DNA of 53,040 bases, the filler included, from Diploschistes diacapsis (Eukaryota), in assembly GCA_023645945.1 (NCBI GenBank). It is 3 parts of 3 records of this genome, joined end to end, with 100 filler letters (N's around TTAATTAATTAA, not from the genome) between each part and the next. Parts side by side here need not be neighbours in the genome. Positions count along the whole stretch, not along the records: positions 35,458 to 53,040 come from JALAIB010000448.1; 2 more parts are not named here. One strand, 5' to 3'. The translations under genes and the position numbers were made by a program. Below the pieces are notes generated by a model. The model was given only the letters and a program-made list of their open reading frames with translations, made no database searches and had not been told where the DNA came from. Below are positions 49,381 through 53,040 of this stretch, one piece after another. Numbering within the stretch: the stretch's first letter is position 1; each line of letters begins with the position of its first letter.

Positions 49381-50819
49381 TGGTTTAATATAGGCCATCT
49401 CGTTCATGGACGCAAAACCAACGGTGTGCGAAATACGTCCTATCACTAAGCTTTTGGGATCACCGAACTATCGTGATCTTTCGGGCCTGCTGTTGGCCTT
49501 TTTACAATCTATTATCTACGGCCCACGCGGTCATAGTCGATGATAACACGGCTCTCGATCGACAATGAGAAATTCATAATGACGTGTTCTTTGTTCTTAG
49601 TTGCCGGAGACTTTTACGAAACCCATTTGGGCAGTATATCGTCCTTGATGCCTTTAGCCAATTTTAGTCCAAAGGCACCCTTGCTACGAGCATGATCCTT
49701 GCTTGTTGATGGATTAGGCATTGTCTAGATCGCTCTCTTAGGGCCAGGTAGGCCGAACAAAGTCAAGACTTTAGGTTGATCAATGATCTCTGCCAGTACA
49801 GAACGGTACTTTTGATAGTGAATCTGTTTTCGAGCCTCCAACTGGAGATTGCTAGGAGAGTTTTTCTACTGGGAAGCCAAGTTTCACATCGCGAAAAATA
49901 GTCTCTAATATTTTGTAAATATTACCTGCATTTCCTAGGCACCTTATGTCCTATCTGGTTGAACTCAGTCTTAATTATCATCAGTGCAATTATTGTGAGT
50001 TACCTTACTTGTAAAAGCTTCAGTTAAGCTAGCCAAAGCTACTTGATATTACACATTACTCGGCATGTTCGGTTGGTAAACGATAGATCAATAGAATCTG
50101 GGGCTTATACCGACACGCTTTCTTTCTAGATGGTCTAGGACTTCTTTATTTCACGGTAAGCTACTGCAGATTAGCACGAAGCCTACTTGCTAAGACAAAG
50201 GCCTATAATATTTAGTAAACTTCCAAACCGTTGCGTGCAACTTTGAGTAGAGTCCATTTCAGTGCGTAACAGTTGGCTGTTCTCCCGGTCTTGATGTCCT
50301 GATGGAGGGGCGAGGAGGGGAAACCGCGTTGCTAGAACTTCAAGAACCTTGAAGGTGTCAGATCGGGAATAAGTAACGTTCTTTCTATGATCGACGTTTG
50401 GGCATCGAGCCCTGCCTGCATTACTGGATGCGCCTCGACTGAGTGAGATAGCGGTACTCTGATTAATAGCGAAAGCACATTGGGCCATTCCCTATCCCTG
50501 CCATCTTCTTCATGCGGTATGTTTAGCTCTCTGACTCGAGAAAACAGCTAAGCTCCTAGGGATTCCCCAGCAGTCCGGTGAGAATGGTACCTCGTGATGC
50601 AGCATACTATGATCTCTTCAAGATCGACTCGCGCAACAACAACAACAAGCAACAACAAGAAACATTGAGATTCGGCATTCCGAAAAGAAGCGGCTTGGCA
50701 TCGGAGTTACTGCTGTCCCACAGCCGAAGCAAAGATGCCACCGGCGACTTCTGGCGGGCACCAGCTCACTTACTTTGTAGTTCGTACTTGAAGCTTCAGA
50801 AACTTCCCACAAAGACGCC

Positions 50820-52006
50820 ATGTCGCGGAATCAGGCCTACGAGGCAGTCGTGGATGTTGATGCAGAAGTAAGGATGCCTGCGTTCTATTCTATTGCCCAC
50901 ATCCATTTCCGGCACGTCCGCTCACAAAGCTGTTCTACCTAGGGGGATCTAGGGCATACTGATCTTCAAGAGGATCTCGAATTCCACTCCTCTAGTATGT
51001 TGTTCCCTGCATTACATTCTTCCATCTCACTCCCCTCTGCTCGGCTTGCTGGAGTCGACCAACTGCCCTATCAAACATCAGTCGAAGACTCTGGCAGCCA
51101 TGGCATGATGCGGATAAGCTGACGTTTTGCCAGCCTTTGAGTCGAATCCTCGCTCCAAGATACCGGCGGACAGCAGCGCCGGTAGCAACAATCCTTTCGC
51201 CAATCCTTCCGGCACTATCTCCTCCAAACGCTATCTCTGGTCCCTATCTTTCTACTCCCAATTCTTCGACGTCGACACCAGTGAAGTTCTTAACCGATGC
51301 GGCGCCGCGTTGTTCCCTCGTCGACCCTTCCTCGACGTCCTTGATGGCAATCCAGACCTCTATGGCCCGTTCTGGATTGCCACCACTGTTGTATTCATAA
51401 TGTTTCTGACAGGATACATAAGTCAATATCTTGGTGAACATGGTGGGCCAAACGCGTCCTATGACTTTCGTCTTCTCTCCGGCGCTGCTGGGCTTATATA
51501 TGGATATACTTTTATTGTGCCAGTAGCATTATGGGCTGTGCTAAGATGGTTCGGAAGTGAAGCAGCCAATGTGCTCGAGTGTTGGGCACTTTACGGTTAT
51601 TCCAACCTCATATGGATACCCGTTGCGCTTATCAGCTGGAGTACACTCGATCTACTTAACTGGATCTTTGCTGGCGCTGGCTTTGCTATTTCTGCATTCT
51701 TCTTGATCCGGAATCTGTGGCCTGTAGTGAGTGCGGCAGACCAGAAAATCAGTCGAGTCGTTGTTATCATTGTCGTTTTGCTCCACGCTGGTCTAGCTCT
51801 TACCATCAAGTTCCTTTTCTTTGCGTGAGTCGAGGCCACTATCTACGACCTTTGGTTGTGCGTTTCTATGTGCTGATTCTCTTTCGAACACGCATGGAAG
51901 TCCGGCCGTGCCAACTGCACTTGGCTCAGATAAACCAATTGGGGATGATAAGCTGGCTGGCGACGGCGGCGCTGAAGCCATAGTGCGAATGCTTTTTAGA
52001 TCATAA
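50820..52006 (+). CDS. Yip1-domain Golgi membrane protein (YIPF1/2, Yip5-like), spliced
   Basis: MSRNQAYEAVVDVDAE / GDLGHTDLQEDLEFHSS / ..FYSQFFDVDT..NPDLYGPFWIATT..YGYT..LYGYSNLIWIP. It ends either at 51828 (intron retained) or at 52006 (last intron spliced). Confidence 0.85.
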
Positions 52007-53040
52007 GCAAAGTCAATAAGATGTATTTCTACTGTAATTTCTGGAACGAAAGCGCCAAGGTCTCGGGTGCCATCAAGATATATCCAAAGGTTAATAAATA
52101 AAACGCCTCCTGTTTGTTTAGCGAATTCAGGATGAATTTATTCTCTGCCGATATTGTCGATTTGGTTGCATCTTGCCATCTGCGCTTCAACTTCCAATCC
52201 TTACTAATAGCACTTTACTGAAGCTGCCTTTTTTACAAATTGCGTTCACAATCACACACCCCATCGTCCTTCTACCATAAACATGGAACGAGGTAATTGG
52301 CTTGCGCCAGAGACTCACACTAGCTCGATTCTAGCTTGTCAAAATGCCGCAAAATCTCAAAAAAAAGGCGAAAGAGCTCAGTAGTTCAGCATGGGCTCCT
52401 GAAATTAGTGATCATCGCCATTGTGCCTTGGCACACGAATATATTGACGCCATCATGCATCAGGACAAAGTTCACGAACTCCAGATAGTGTCATTGGTCA
52501 GCTCCTTTAACGTTCTTAGTCGCTCTTGGAGTCCAATTGTCCCCAAAACAGAACCATCGTATCGTATCCAAGGGTATCTACAACAAGGCTTGTTTCCAAG
52601 ATCCCATTCATGCAAATCTACTTTACACTAACCATGCTGGTAGATTTGGAGAGATTTTGCCATCTGACAACCCACAGGTCTGGAAGGAAGGTTGTCCCAA
52701 TTGCAGCGTCCCTGCTTCGGGGTGTGAAGAAAACTCCCTCGCAGACGGAGCAAGAAGATCTGCAACGCCCCGCATCAAGGCATGCCTGATGGAAAACGTC
52801 AAAAGGAGGACCTGCAAGCGAAGCTGATACAGACGCCACATTTGCCATGGATACCGTCCAGTCCACGCTGTTCGTGAGCAAAAGGCTTTTCCAACATCTC
52901 AAAGCGTACAATGCCACGCACGTCCACGCAATACCTCTTCTCCCATCTGGCTAGCGATTGGACGGATATGAGGCGAACAGCTTGTGCATCTCTTCAGGAT
53001 GCATGCCATGGAGAAATCTACAAGGGACATGGTTCAGAAA

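Noticed and set aside
52344..53040. Several short overlapping ORFs at the window end (also 49500-50490)
   Set aside because: No recognisable family or consistent frame; could be decayed genes but unsupported.

Overview
Eukaryotic DNA from a filamentous ascomycete (Pezizomycotina-type short GT..AG introns with CTRAC/CTAAC branch sites). It consists of three contig pieces joined by artificial 100-nt N44-TTAATTAATTAA-N44 linkers at 17633-17732 and 35358-35457. Most of the window is housekeeping genes: PP28/PDAP1-like, an HSL-type alpha/beta hydrolase, JID1-like J protein, FMP10-like thioesterase, VPS38/UVRAG, UTP10, NRDE2/Nrl1, SMY2/GYF, an MMS1-like beta-propeller, GYP8 and a Yip1-family gene. 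There are at least three clear pseudogenes (an NLR-type helical N-terminal + ubiquitin-like domain gene, an epoxide hydrolase, and a large-subunit catalase). A GC-rich accessory block (DHA2-type MFS efflux pump + Pth11-like integral membrane protein) lies between two same-orientation copies of a TA-flanked pogo/Fot1-like MITE, the first nested inside a second TIR element; a third partial copy lies at ~35.8 kb. I found no unequivocal new biological system. The MITE-bracketed block is the best candidate, but one assembly gap lies inside it. Family assignments come from motif recognition, not database searches; exon boundaries were read by eye.
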